The notes below the pieces were generated by a model that saw only the letters and a program-made list of their open reading frames with translations, was not told where the DNA came from and searched no databases. A DNA stretch of 64,000 bases from a virus: IMG/VR virus record IMGVR_UViG_3300042691_018174; one strand, given 5' to 3'. Shown here in pieces: positions 17,530 to 29,300 of this stretch. The translations under genes and the position numbers were made by a program. Numbering within the stretch: the first letter of the stretch is position 1; every line of letters starts with the position of its first letter.

Positions 17530-19302
17530 TCAAAGTATTAATTGATCTTGTCCTGTTTGATGTACCCAAGTCCTAATTCCGACCACTGCTTGACACTTGA
17601 AAATTTTCAATATTCTTGTCACTGTGGGTGCTGAAACTCCATTGGCATAAGATAAACATAAAACTCTAACAACATCTTCTAAATTCACACTAATCGCAGG
17701 TATTAACGCATCAATTTGCGCTACAGCACTGACATTAGGATTTACTAAACTAGTAATATCAATAGTTAAGTAATTGACAGAAGTTTTTACACTGTCAACA
17801 TAATTTTTATTTGACACATCATTAGCAAATAATGGATCTGATACATTAGTGATGCGCACTTGATTTTCTAAAGAAATTATTTGTCCTGAATCAACACTAA
17901 TTTCCAAATCGAAACCACTATCAACAGTTATTTTATTATCATTAATATTAATTTTGTCAACAGTTAACTCTATTAAATCACCTACTGATGTTAGGCTACT
18001 GTTAATAATAGTCGATCCTAAAGTTGTTGAATTAGCTAATAAGGAATTACCAATATAGTAACTATTTGATGCAGGAATTTTGATATTGTCGCTGAACGTC
18101 CAGGCAGAAATATTATTTGGTAATGCTATTACACCATTTAAATTCCAAATAATAGTTTTATTATTTCCAGTGCTGCCTAATACTGTAATACCTGCACCAT
18201 CTGCTGTAGTATCAGTAGGAGTATTAGTAACTGCTAATTCAATATTTTTATCTGATATCTGAAGTGTAGTTGAATTAGTAAAAGTTGTAGCTCCATTAAC
18301 AACTAAATTTCCTTGAATAGTTGTATTAGCATTAATATTAACCTGAGGAATATTTAATAATGTGGATTGCCAAGTATCGCCATCAAAAAAGACTACTGAC
18401 TTGTTTACAGGATTTAAAGTTATCGAATTTTGAAAAGTATTGGTTGTTTTTACCTGCAAAATCATTTTTGTATTTGAGGCATAATTTGCAATTACTGTTT
18501 TTTCATTGCCTGCGCCACCTGTTACATCAATGTAGGCAGATAAATTAGAATTAGGTCCAACAACTATGCCGTTTATACTAGAAATTGTCAAGCTACCATT
18601 AATACTACCAGATTTGTCAGATCGTATAAATTTATCAGTGGTTAAATTTCCATCAACTGGGTCTATTAACGATATTGCTGATTGAGCTGGAGCATTGATA
18701 TTGTTATCCGCAACCAATGAACTAAATGAAAACCCTGCTTTTAACGGATTGGTACCAGTTGTAAAACCATCTATAGCTAATAAAGGAACAAAACTAGTAG
18801 TATTAAAAATCGCAACTTTAGTACCTGCAACATACATCACTGCTAGAATTTTTGAATTTCCGCTTCTATCTAATATTTCTTCAACGATCCAACCAGTTTT
18901 TCCTTGATTGTTTGTGTAAATTGGTCCAGCAGTTATTAAATTATTGCCATCATAAAATTTTAATTGTTGACTTGACGTGTCTATCCAAAGATCTCCTGCA
19001 ACAAAATTTCCTGGATTAGCATTGGTAACAAAAGGACTTCCTACTGGTCTCCAGTTATTTCCATCAAACACATTCATTTTGTTAGTTGTAGTGTTATACC
19101 ACATCTGACCTGTGATTCTATTTTCTGGGGGTGTGGAATTAGAAAAATTTTCTAATAAATGTACTAAATTTTCGTTATAAAATTCCCCAATTCCTTTATA
19201 ATTTTTACCTATCAAAGTCAATGAAGTACTGACTCTGTCGACTGTGCCATCAGTTATTGTTGCTACAATACTTCCGTCAGTTCTATTAATGATATATGGC
19301 AT
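17530..19302 (-). CDS. tail fibre/baseplate-associated fibre protein (paralog)
   Basis: Shared N-terminal module; ISDKNIEL...ADGAGITV; NKNYVD. Confidence 0.72.
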   Translation of the reverse strand: MPYIINRTDGSIVATITDGTVDRVSTSLTLIGKNYKGIGEFYNENLVHLLENFSNSTPPENRITGQMWYNTTTNKMNVFDGNNWRPVGSPFVTNANPGNFVAGDLWIDTSSQQLKFYDGNNLITAGPIYTNNQGKTGWIVEEILDRSGNSKILAVMYVAGTKVAIFNTTSFVPLLAIDGFTTGTNPLKAGFSFSSLVADNNINAPAQSAISLIDPVDGNLTTDKFIRSDKSGSINGSLTISSINGIVVGPNSNLSAYIDVTGGAGNEKTVIANYASNTKMILQVKTTNTFQNSITLNPVNKSVVFFDGDTWQSTLLNIPQVNINANTTIQGNLVVNGATTFTNSTTLQISDKNIELAVTNTPTDTTADGAGITVLGSTGNNKTIIWNLNGVIALPNNISAWTFSDNIKIPASNSYYIGNSLLANSTTLGSTIINSSLTSVGDLIELTVDKININDNKITVDSGFDLEISVDSGQIISLENQVRITNVSDPLFANDVSNKNYVDSVKTSVNYLTIDITSLVNPNVSAVAQIDALIPAISVNLEDVVRVLCLSYANGVSAPTVTRILKIFKCQAVVGIRTWVHQTGQDQLIL

Positions 19303-19311
19303 TTCAAATCC

Positions 19312-21558
19312 TTATTCTGATACACCGGCTACACCGGCTCTAATTATGTAATTTAAAGTCAAATAAGGGCTTGTAGTCCCAATTTGTAAACTGGTATTAA
19401 TACTTTGTCCAGATCCTATACTAGTATATTGTCTGTTTGTTCCAACAGCAGTAATATCAACAGAAGTAATGCTATTTCCGCCCTCCCCACCCATGGAAGA
19501 AGGTGCATTACTAGTAGTTGTTCTACTTACACGATTGGGATCGTTCAACGGAATAGTTGATTTTGACAATACCAAAGTAAAAGTCAGCGTAGCTGTTATG
19601 GGAACTGTAATTGATTTGTCAACAGTAATGGTATTACCTTGAATACCTGTTACTAAAGTATTAGAAGGCACAGTTCCTTCGTTAGTAGTGACTACCATAC
19701 CAACAACAATATTAGACGAATTAATAACATCGAATGTAACTTTACTGTCAATGGACAATGGTACTAGAGTAGAATGAATTACATTTTGTAAGGAATTTGT
19801 CATTTCAACATTCCCTAAAGGAAATCTACCCCTCAAATCCGGAACTCTAAAGAAAGCGCCGCCGGCTGCAGAACCGTATGTACTACCTATTACTTGGAAC
19901 AAGAATGGATAAGATACTCTGGATACTAATGCGCCGTCACATAATAAGTATCCTAAGGGAACTTGTGTTCCAGCGAAAGGAAAAACTGTTCCAATAGGTA
20001 TAAATGCTTCACCTAATAAAAAGCTGGTTCTATTTACTCTGCGTAAACCAACATTTTGTCTATAAATTAATAATTCGTCATCACTTCTATTATCAACAAC
20101 TTCAGTTTTATCAGTAATAGCAGTATCATCAATTCGCGTGTTCAATGTTAATGTTCCACCAGCTCCACTAAATGAAGCAGGCTGAATAGTAACAACGTTC
20201 CCTGACATCTGGAAGTTAGTTGAATTAGCAAGACTGGATGCTGGGCCAATAATAGAACCAGTCACAGTTCCAGTAAATGCTCCGCTAAATGAGCCGTTAA
20301 AAGTTTGAGCATAAATTGTTCTAAACTTTAATGTCGGTGTTCCGATATCATATAAAAGATTAGCAGAAGGTACTATAGCAGTGCCAGAAATATTGTTTCC
20401 GCTGTCATCAATTTCACCTACTTGTATGTGCCCTTTGCTTACAATATTTTTTCCTACAAATAAATTTTTAGCGATACCTGCGCCGCCTCTGCTTTGTAAG
20501 GAACCAGTAGTAGTTGATGTGGAATCTAAAACTCCAGTCATAGTTAAATGGCCACTGATGAACGCATCACCAAACACGTCTAGCTCGGCATTCGGAGTCG
20601 CATGATTGATACCAACTCTCCTATTTTGTCCATCAATTTTTAAAATTAAATTCTGTGCGCCTTGTTTAGCTATGATTACATCAATTGACCCGCCATCTGA
20701 TGTATTTTTAATTACACTAGTTCCTTGAACTACAGAAAAACTTAAATTACTAGCTGCACCAATTGTTATTCCAACATCATTTAAAATACTTTGTTGGCCA
20801 TAGAAGTTATTTCCAATATCACGTCTAGCGAAATTGTTAGCATGTACTTCTGAAATAGAGGGCGATGTAACATTTAAAGAATCAGCAGCAGTAGCGGTTC
20901 CATAAATTTTAGCAATAGTATTTGCAATGGTAGTATCAGCTGGACCAATAAATTTCTTCTGACTAATATTGATACCAGCATTTATTTTTACAAAACCCTC
21001 GATCGTTCTTTGAGGAATAAACGATTCAGTAGCAGTTATTTTCATTGGTATATCATTATTGTATTCTACAGTTACAAAATGATCTACTCCCTGTTCCGCA
21101 TCCTTAATTTGCTCAACATAGACTCCTGTTTTGGATCCAGATAATGCTGCAGGTCCAACTAATATCCAATTATTACCATTATATAAACTTAACTGTTGGG
21201 TCAACGTGTTTACCCACAAATCTCCTAACAAAGGATTTTGAGGTTGTGATTCACTTGGACCAACATGAGTTCCGCCTGCAGGTCTCCAATTTCCAGCACC
21301 TGCCGTAGAATCATTTACAAATAATCTCTTTTTACTGTTATCATACCATAACTGCCCTTCAATACTATTATTAGGACTATTAGGACTAGAAAAATTTTCT
21401 AAAAGATGTACAAAATTTCTAGCGAAACTAGTTCCGTAATTTGAAAAATTTCTACCTACTAAACTTAAACTAGTGCTGGTGTTATTTTCTGTCAAATCAT
21501 TGACAGTAATAGGATTAGAAGCTTTTGATGGGTCACTAAAAGGTACTGTATATGACAT
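19312..21558 (-). CDS. tail fibre protein with tail-collar domain
   Basis: Shared N-terminal module; PIGTVFPFAG..P.GYLLCDG..YPFLFQVIG.TYG...FRVPDLRGRFPLG; C-terminal PYLTLNYIIR. Confidence 0.82.
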   Translation of the reverse strand: MSYTVPFSDPSKASNPITVNDLTENNTSTSLSLVGRNFSNYGTSFARNFVHLLENFSSPNSPNNSIEGQLWYDNSKKRLFVNDSTAGAGNWRPAGGTHVGPSESQPQNPLLGDLWVNTLTQQLSLYNGNNWILVGPAALSGSKTGVYVEQIKDAEQGVDHFVTVEYNNDIPMKITATESFIPQRTIEGFVKINAGINISQKKFIGPADTTIANTIAKIYGTATAADSLNVTSPSISEVHANNFARRDIGNNFYGQQSILNDVGITIGAASNLSFSVVQGTSVIKNTSDGGSIDVIIAKQGAQNLILKIDGQNRRVGINHATPNAELDVFGDAFISGHLTMTGVLDSTSTTTGSLQSRGGAGIAKNLFVGKNIVSKGHIQVGEIDDSGNNISGTAIVPSANLLYDIGTPTLKFRTIYAQTFNGSFSGAFTGTVTGSIIGPASSLANSTNFQMSGNVVTIQPASFSGAGGTLTLNTRIDDTAITDKTEVVDNRSDDELLIYRQNVGLRRVNRTSFLLGEAFIPIGTVFPFAGTQVPLGYLLCDGALVSRVSYPFLFQVIGSTYGSAAGGAFFRVPDLRGRFPLGNVEMTNSLQNVIHSTLVPLSIDSKVTFDVINSSNIVVGMVVTTNEGTVPSNTLVTGIQGNTITVDKSITVPITATLTFTLVLSKSTIPLNDPNRVSRTTTSNAPSSMGGEGGNSITSVDITAVGTNRQYTSIGSGQSINTSLQIGTTSPYLTLNYIIRAGVAGVSE

Positions 21559-22235
21559 TATCGAGTCTCACTAAAAGTCGTTAAAGTTTGTATTCTAACA
21601 GTATAATCTATCTGTATTAATCTGTTTAAACTTTTTTGTACTGGGTGAAAAATAACATGAGTTAATAATCTTCCAGCACCTTCGTTTCCATCTTGACTAC
21701 TGGCTCGAAGACCTATTTCATCAAAAACAAAATCGCTATTTAAATTTTGTGCGTTATCATATGCTGCCTGACCTGCTGGTTCACCGTAATCTAGTAGTAC
21801 GCTACAAAAAATATCAGTATAAACGGTACCACGAACGTGTCTAATTTCTGTAAAATTTCTTGTAGGATCAATATTCAAAACATTTTTTGGATCAATAACT
21901 TTATAATACGTTTGATTATAAAGACCAGAATTTGATCCAATATTATTAGGAGTTAGATAGGTTATAATACCATTTGGATCTACAGTACTTCCGCCGTTAC
22001 CAAAACTCATCCCCTCAATTATCCCGAAACCCTGATTTGCTAAAGCAGCGGCAAGAGAAATACTCATATTCTCATAATGAATAGCATTTCTTTTATCGAC
22101 ATACACTTCCTGTGTTTCTGGATTAAAAATCTTGATATGACCTTCTATATGGAAGCCTGCTGCTTCGTTGACCCCAGATTTTTGGTCTTTTTCGTTGTTT
22201 TTTTCATTCATTTCTTGGACCTTATCATTTTCCAT
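21558..22235 (-). CDS. virion structural protein (baseplate/fibre attachment-like)
   Basis: 225-aa ORF heading the fibre operon; FDEIGL...LTHVIFHPVQKS. Confidence 0.55.
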   Translation of the reverse strand: MENDKVQEMNEKNNEKDQKSGVNEAAGFHIEGHIKIFNPETQEVYVDKRNAIHYENMSISLAAALANQGFGIIEGMSFGNGGSTVDPNGIITYLTPNNIGSNSGLYNQTYYKVIDPKNVLNIDPTRNFTEIRHVRGTVYTDIFCSVLLDYGEPAGQAAYDNAQNLNSDFVFDEIGLRASSQDGNEGAGRLLTHVIFHPVQKSLNRLIQIDYTVRIQTLTTFSETR

Positions 22236-22240
22236 ATTAA

Positions 22241-22247
22241 TATTTAT
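22241..22247 (-). promoter_or_regulatory. T4-like late promoter (ATAAATA)
   Basis: TATTTAT on + strand immediately upstream of the minus-strand gene. Confidence 0.55.
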
Positions 22248-22286
22248 CTAGCATCTTTATCTAAGTAGTTAATTAAAATTTCATCA

Positions 22287-24968
22287 TTACAACGTTTTTC
22301 TTATACGTGTTCTTGGGTATACCGCACCTGTAGTCGGTCTAGCATTATAATTTATTTTAGGATACGTATTACCGTTCAAAACTCTTTCTTGCTTGTAATA
22401 CAAATATCTATTAGGGGAACCTTGTAGGTCTCTGGAATCTCCTGGGCCACCATTAGAAATTAATAACTGAGAACTTTTAGATATCTTTGTAATATATTCT
22501 TTGGCTTGATATTGATTCCAATGTGGGTAAATTTCTAAAGCACACGCCAATACCCCACAAACTTGTGGACTTGCCATGCTAGTCCCGCTGAGTTTTTCCA
22601 TATAATGCGATTGTCCAACAGTTCCTCTAGGATCAAAAGTATCACTTGAAGGATAAGAACTTAAAATTGCCCTTCCAGGAGCATATATATCAACTCCTGG
22701 CCCACAATCACTAAAGGTTGCTTTGGATTCATTACTGATAACATCCACAGCTCCTACACTAATTGCTGGTAATTCTCTTATTCCTTGAGGATGGCTAATA
22801 GTATCATTAGCTGTCGGACTTGTTCCCCGCATGTAGTAATATGGTTGATTGACGCTTTCAGGATATCTAAAAGCCATTTCAAATGTATTATTCCAATCTA
22901 AACCACCAGGGACATCATGTTTCCATTGTCCATTACCTGCAGCTCCTACCATTATGATGCCTTCTGAATATGCATCTTCAAGATCGGCATCCATAGGATC
23001 AACTCTGACTGGAATACGCTGACCTTCTATGAGACCCCAGCTAATTAGTTGAGCATTGGAAAACCCTGCGGTGGAGGTTCCTTTCTTATTATTTTGTTCA
23101 ATAGTTAGATCAACTATTCTCGGATCATTTTCATAGAAAGTTAATTCCATTCTCATTCCAGGTGATCCTAATACTCCTGAATAATAATTATTTCCTTCAA
23201 CTACTATTCTAAACTCTCTATTAGGTGTAATACCGGTGGCCCCATAATAAATTCTTTGCATAGAATTATCATCAGAACAAACCATAATTTTTGAAAAAGG
23301 TGGATTAGATGGACTAATGGCCGAATAAGTTGTTGATCCTCCGCCGAATGTAAAATAAAAATTAGTACCGACATATATCTTATCATAAATCGTTCCTAAA
23401 TAATTTACTGTAAAAGGTAAAGATACTTCCCAATAACCATCATCATTATTTCCTACAGTAGGAGTAGTAGATGAAGTTAAACTAGAAACAGAATCAATAG
23501 GAGAAAAAGTCAAATTACTAACTGTTGCTCCAGAAGAGGCGAAATTACCAAGACCAAACATAGACATATAAACTGCAAATGTGGGATTATCAGCAGATTG
23601 AACGTCAAATTCTGTTTTATATTTTACTGTATATATTTCATTATTAGGCAAGCTGATAAACGGTGGGTTTATATAACCTGCAACATATGTCTCACCAGTA
23701 TATGGCCCGTCTGTGAAAGTGTTTAAAAGATTATTTGAGGAGTCGTAAATTTCAACAATTATAGTTAATGAACAATTTCCAGAGTCAGAATAAATTTCTA
23801 CTGCATCTAAAACTTCAAGTGCTGCTGGTCCTTGTATCGTACAAACATATTCTGAAGAGGGTGCTTCTGTTATTTCTAAATAAGCATAATAATCAGCTGA
23901 TATTGTCCAAGATGGCGGAGCACTTACATTTCCAGACGAAGCATTATACTCTCCAAAATTCTCTATACGTTGCGTACAATTTTCCAAAGTGGTCGTTGCA
24001 AAGTTTGATAATAATGTGTCTGGCGCATAAACTCCACTTTCACCAATAAAAACTGGTGGGGCTTCAGGAGCTGTATATCGAGTTCCTCTATAAGTGACAG
24101 CTGTGATATCATTATAACTCCATTCTTGAGGGAAGATGCTCATTCCCCAACTATTATTACATATTGTAGGATTTTTTCTACCTGTTACTTGATTAATGGG
24201 TTTTGTTCTGTGGAATTCTCTGACGTAATCAAATACGTAAGGAAAATTATAATTATTGGTATCGCCTGCTAGATAATAGATATTATAGATATTAGCATCT
24301 CTGGCCCAACCTTGAGTGTTTCCAGCTGCGGTTCCGGCTACGTGAGTAGCATGTGTGCTTATTCCATAGGAATAGTTGGCTCCACCAAAGCCACCAACTT
24401 CAGTCTGATGTTCAAACCAATTATAAGGAAACGCTCTAGATCCACCAGTACCATTTGAATTCAACGCATACTCTGGATGATCGAAAACGATCCCATCACC
24501 GTCAACAATTATAATGTCAACATTTTTTCCAGTTTGTGTTAAAGTTATTGTTCCACTTGTGTTTGTAGTGTTATCAGATCCCCAGCCAGAAGTTTGTTGC
24601 CCTTGAAAACATCTCAATAATCCCCAATTTAGCATGTTGACGTTTTTAGTGAAAGATTTATTCCACTGAGTCGAGGTCTGAGTTACCGCAAATTCGCCTG
24701 CTCGAATTCCAAGGTATTTAGGACTAACTGTGATAGATTGAACTCTAGGATCATTCCTTAACTGAGCAGCTTCCCAATCAGTTAATTTATAAACAGTATT
24801 TCTACTAGAAGGTCTTCTTTCAACGCAACGCACACTCCTGGTTAACTCTGTATTAGATGGTGCTTTGCCTAAAGTTTCTAATTCATCATATATTGAATCT
24901 AAATCTTCTTTTTTAAAGACCGTAACAATATATTCTTTAGTTTCAACATATTTTTTTAATATTGACAT
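22287..24968 (-). CDS. subtilisin-like (S8) serine protease with large internal insertion
   Basis: IIIVDGDG (Asp), HATHVAGTAAG (His), NNSWG, AAGN, VDIYAPG, GTSMASP (Ser); I9-like prodomain. Confidence 0.9.
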   Translation of the reverse strand: MSILKKYVETKEYIVTVFKKEDLDSIYDELETLGKAPSNTELTRSVRCVERRPSSRNTVYKLTDWEAAQLRNDPRVQSITVSPKYLGIRAGEFAVTQTSTQWNKSFTKNVNMLNWGLLRCFQGQQTSGWGSDNTTNTSGTITLTQTGKNVDIIIVDGDGIVFDHPEYALNSNGTGGSRAFPYNWFEHQTEVGGFGGANYSYGISTHATHVAGTAAGNTQGWARDANIYNIYYLAGDTNNYNFPYVFDYVREFHRTKPINQVTGRKNPTICNNSWGMSIFPQEWSYNDITAVTYRGTRYTAPEAPPVFIGESGVYAPDTLLSNFATTTLENCTQRIENFGEYNASSGNVSAPPSWTISADYYAYLEITEAPSSEYVCTIQGPAALEVLDAVEIYSDSGNCSLTIIVEIYDSSNNLLNTFTDGPYTGETYVAGYINPPFISLPNNEIYTVKYKTEFDVQSADNPTFAVYMSMFGLGNFASSGATVSNLTFSPIDSVSSLTSSTTPTVGNNDDGYWEVSLPFTVNYLGTIYDKIYVGTNFYFTFGGGSTTYSAISPSNPPFSKIMVCSDDNSMQRIYYGATGITPNREFRIVVEGNNYYSGVLGSPGMRMELTFYENDPRIVDLTIEQNNKKGTSTAGFSNAQLISWGLIEGQRIPVRVDPMDADLEDAYSEGIIMVGAAGNGQWKHDVPGGLDWNNTFEMAFRYPESVNQPYYYMRGTSPTANDTISHPQGIRELPAISVGAVDVISNESKATFSDCGPGVDIYAPGRAILSSYPSSDTFDPRGTVGQSHYMEKLSGTSMASPQVCGVLACALEIYPHWNQYQAKEYITKISKSSQLLISNGGPGDSRDLQGSPNRYLYYKQERVLNGNTYPKINYNARPTTGAVYPRTRIRKTL

Positions 24969-24972
24969 TATA

Positions 24973-26385
24973 TTAACTCTCTAGTTGCAGTAGAGTCAAC
25001 ACTACATCGATAGCTTGAGTAACGCCGCTTTTATTAGTTACGGCGACAGGAATATCTGTTGTTGGTGGTGATTCATTACTAAAGCCAAGTGTAGCTGGAC
25101 TTATTAATATAGTCTCTCCTGGCCCAGTAGTAACTACTTCTGCAATTACACCTGAACTTGGAGAGGGATCAGTTCCTTCAAGTCTACTGGCGTCAGCTAG
25201 TCTAGAACTTGTATCAGTGTATATTCTAACCCATGCAGCATTGTCTACATATATTGACATCAACATATAAGATTTGAATCCAGGGATAGTAATATTACCC
25301 GTTGCATTATTAGCTAAAGAAGCAGTCGTTGCTCCAAAATTACCTCTAGAAACTCCACCAAGACCTAATCCAGAATAAGCAGTAGACTGTACAGTGCCAT
25401 CCGGGAATGATATTGTGCCGTTAGTGCCAAAAACCCAATCTTTTTGTTCTGAACCAAAATTAGTAACAATAGCAACTAACCTATCTGATGTCAATGTTAC
25501 AGATTCTAAATTAGTTTGTGACACAATGGATATGCCAGTATCTTTTTCCCAATTAGAATACATTGCCAAGCCGTCAAACCTACCTTCTATTTCGGGCGTA
25601 ATAATTTTTCCAGGAGCATCTAATGTACCATTGGCAAGAAATTGCCAATACAGTTCAGTACCTGTTCCATAATTAACACCCAGTGTTAATAAATTTGCTG
25701 CATACAATGTTGATGTAGTTAGAGTATTAAGAGTTAATTTTGATTCCTTATTATTTGTGCCAGGGGCGAGCAATGTCATTGTAGCACTTGTGGGAACACT
25801 TGCTTCACTGTTTGTAAATGTAAAGTCCCCGGTGTCAGCGTTTCCGCCACCAGATATATCCAACGTTACTGCATTTCCTGCTGAGGACAGTGTAATACCT
25901 GTGCCCGTGAATACCAATGTAGTAATATCTTCTATTTCAGTGTCATCAGGAGCAATAACAGTAAAGCCACTAATAACATTAGCGGATATAACATTATTTT
26001 GATCGATAGTAATTGTCGTTCCGTCAATTCTAACAATACCAGATACAGTAGTAGAAGCAGGAGGTACTGAAATCTCTGCAATATCCTGCCAAGCTAATGT
26101 AGTTCCATTGGTAGTTAAAATCTTTCCGTTATTAGTAGCTTGACTGGGAATAGGTGTCAATACGTTTAAGACTCCATTATTGTCAATGGTCAATGACGTA
26201 CCTACTCTAACAACTCCTAATGTCTGTGCGGACGCTTTTGAAGCATTGAGCATCAATGTACGCAAGTCTGATATCAATATATTTTTATTTCTTTTATTGG
26301 TTTCGGAATTTAATTCTATTAAAGGAATAATAGTATTCTCCAACCCTGCAGTGTTTATAACATTAAATTCACTTAATTTAGGCAT
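24973..26385 (-). CDS. tail fibre-like structural protein
   Basis: ASAQTLGVVRVG, GKILTTNGT.L.W, FPDGTVQSTA fibre motifs. Confidence 0.65.
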   Translation of the reverse strand: MPKLSEFNVINTAGLENTIIPLIELNSETNKRNKNILISDLRTLMLNASKASAQTLGVVRVGTSLTIDNNGVLNVLTPIPSQATNNGKILTTNGTTLAWQDIAEISVPPASTTVSGIVRIDGTTITIDQNNVISANVISGFTVIAPDDTEIEDITTLVFTGTGITLSSAGNAVTLDISGGGNADTGDFTFTNSEASVPTSATMTLLAPGTNNKESKLTLNTLTTSTLYAANLLTLGVNYGTGTELYWQFLANGTLDAPGKIITPEIEGRFDGLAMYSNWEKDTGISIVSQTNLESVTLTSDRLVAIVTNFGSEQKDWVFGTNGTISFPDGTVQSTAYSGLGLGGVSRGNFGATTASLANNATGNITIPGFKSYMLMSIYVDNAAWVRIYTDTSSRLADASRLEGTDPSPSSGVIAEVVTTGPGETILISPATLGFSNESPPTTDIPVAVTNKSGVTQAIDVVLTLLQLES

Positions 26386-26386
26386 A

Positions 26387-29300
26387 TTAATCTTGCTCCA
26401 ATGTATCGCCGTTTTCGTCTCTTAAAAGAACACCGTTCTCATCTCGTAAGTAGCTCTTTCCAACGTTTTCGCCAGTTGCGTAGTAATACTTATCAGGAAG
26501 TTCTGCAAAGAATTCTCTAAGGAACTTAGCTTGTGATGTTTCTTCTTGTTGCATGGAATCTTGTCCATCCAATGTATACCAAATTTTTCCAAGTTTCTGG
26601 ATTACTTTAATTTCTAAATTTGGTACTATTTCATAGTTAGGCATTCTTTCAAATGCGTCATTTTTAATCTTTAAGAGATATTGATTATTCACTTTTTCTA
26701 TAATAAAATCAGGAGTTATTTCAATATCACCTGTTTGTCCTGCACTATTAACTTCATTAGAAAACAATGTTATATTAAAATCGTGCCTAATGATAGGATT
26801 ATCTGAAGTTAATGGCTTCTGTAAAATTTTTCCAGCCAAATAAACAGTGACTTGATTTTCATATGGCACAGCATCATTGAACTTAAAGTCCTTTAATTCA
26901 TAGACTGCTAAATTGGTCACTGGATTATAAGTGTTAGAAGTATAAATTTCATATCTATTAAGTTCTGGGTTATATCTAGCACCTTCTGGCGTTTTAAATT
27001 TTTGTGTAATAAACCCTTCTCTATAAGGGATGGTTTCCGATTGTGCGAAATTGAATATCTTAGTACCGCTTAGATAAATTTCTGCAACGCCTGTTCCTTT
27101 GGTTCCGCGTGTTAAATTACCTAATAAATTACCATTTTTACTTCTATATTCAATACGTTCTCCACCGATATATATTACTCCTGGTCTTCTAGAATTTTTA
27201 GCAACGTCCTCAAAAATGGAAGGATCTTCAACTTCAATTTCTCTATCTAATGGTGACAATCCTTTAGATAATGATGTAGAACTCTTTTTACTTAATCTCT
27301 TATATTGAATATTATTTGTCATATCTTTGAATATTCTATAAGCAATTGGCGGACCAGAAACTATATCACTAATACTAGTTGCTACTATTCTATCATCGTT
27401 CGTTATCTCAAAAGTTTTAGAAATTTTAAAATAATTTTGATCTATGACCGTGTAATCAATATTAGGCAGCAACGGTTTACCATTTAAATCTATCCAAAGA
27501 TTATTGATAGAATAAACTGGTCTACTTAAACGGTATTCATTTCGTATTGCGTAGCCTTTGAATACTTCTCTACGCATTAAGTTTTCATCATGATTTGTAT
27601 ATGTAGTAACTATAATTTTTTGATTCAATTCAGGATTTGAAATTGCATTAAAAATAATCTGGCCATTTCTAATTAGATAATCAGCAGACTTTATTACACA
27701 TATAGCAATTACATCTCCAATTAATGCTCTATTATTAGATATTGTAATTTCATTCGTTACAAAATTAAATTCATAATCTTGACCGACTACCATCTTTGAA
27801 CCATTTCTGTAAACTTCAATATCAAACGAAGTTAATGATCTAGATACATAAGGAACATTCTTTCCTAAAGAAAAAACTTGATTATTTTCAGTTATTTCAT
27901 AATACTCAGTTTCTGGGGGTGACAATCTCTGTTTTGGAATTTCAACCCAATATCCATTAGCAACATCCTCATCAGGTCGATTACTTACATGCAACTTCCA
28001 GTAGGTCACATTAGTAGGATTGATGGTATTCAAATTAGATGTATGATTATTAATACAGATATAAATTTGATTTTCAAATGATACGATGTCATTTATTGTA
28101 TATTGTTCAGCATCTTGCCACATAGGGAAATTTAAATTAGTAATACTCTGTATACTAATATGTGGTACTATACATTCGTATGACTTGTTTCCATAAAATA
28201 CAGAATCGTTCACAAGATATGATGTATTTTCTTCCCAATTACCTTTCCAATTTACAGTTGACGGAGTTAATCTAGTAACTATGGCCATGTTATGTAAGGG
28301 TTCAATATTTCCTGGTGGTCTAGTTAGAGCATAAGAGCCGGACCCATCAATAACTATTTCTTGATTGAAAATTTCACTATAGGTTTTAAATATTGAATCA
28401 AATAAAATAATTGTTACCAAAGTACCTTGTGGTAGTTTTTGAGTTTGATGATTAATCAAAATTTTGGCTCTTTTTGACCTTCCGGAAGCCTTTATCAAAC
28501 TACTGTTAACAGTTGTATTGGAAATGTAAAAACTACCGATGTCATCATAATTAACTGCGGTGTCTATAACGAAAGAATCTGATTGATAATCATCTAAGCT
28601 AACAATGTATGAAATTTTTTGTAATAATCCTTCACCGCCAATAGAAGTCTTTTGAATAGTAACAGGCAATCTGTTATTAATCGAAGCATTGACAAGCCCG
28701 TATTCAGAAGTTAATAATGTAACCACTGTATTTTTAGCATCAATTGAGGAAGAATAGTCCTCCTTAGATAATACAAAATTATTGACGTAAACACTGATAG
28801 AGTCTTCACTTTCTATCAATCCTTCAATTTCAAACTGATTAGTCGAACCGTCATATTGGAATTGATAAGTTTCTATCTTATTACTACCTGTGCTTGGACT
28901 ATTAAAAACAGATATTGCTACTGTGTCAAAGATTTCTCCTCTAACAAGCTCTTCGGGAGCAGGACTATGTTCAACTGATAAAAACTGTCCTCCATCAATA
29001 GTAATGTCGTCTGCTTTAAGACCATTAGCAGTTTTAAATTTAATCTCACCTGCATCGTTGACAAAGGTGAAGTCCCCGCCGCTGATATTAGTATCTAAAA
29101 CAAAATCATCTGTTGGTAGATTTACTCCATCACTAATAGATTGTCTAATTTCAATCTTTATTCCAGCAGCAGGAACTTGTGGCAAGGTTATTGTTTCGTC
29201 AGCACCATTAGCAATAATAGTTGCAAATAGAGCATTTTTATTTTTTTGCTGCGCTGTACCAAAGTTCTCATCATCAACTCTTACTCCATTGAAATAAACG

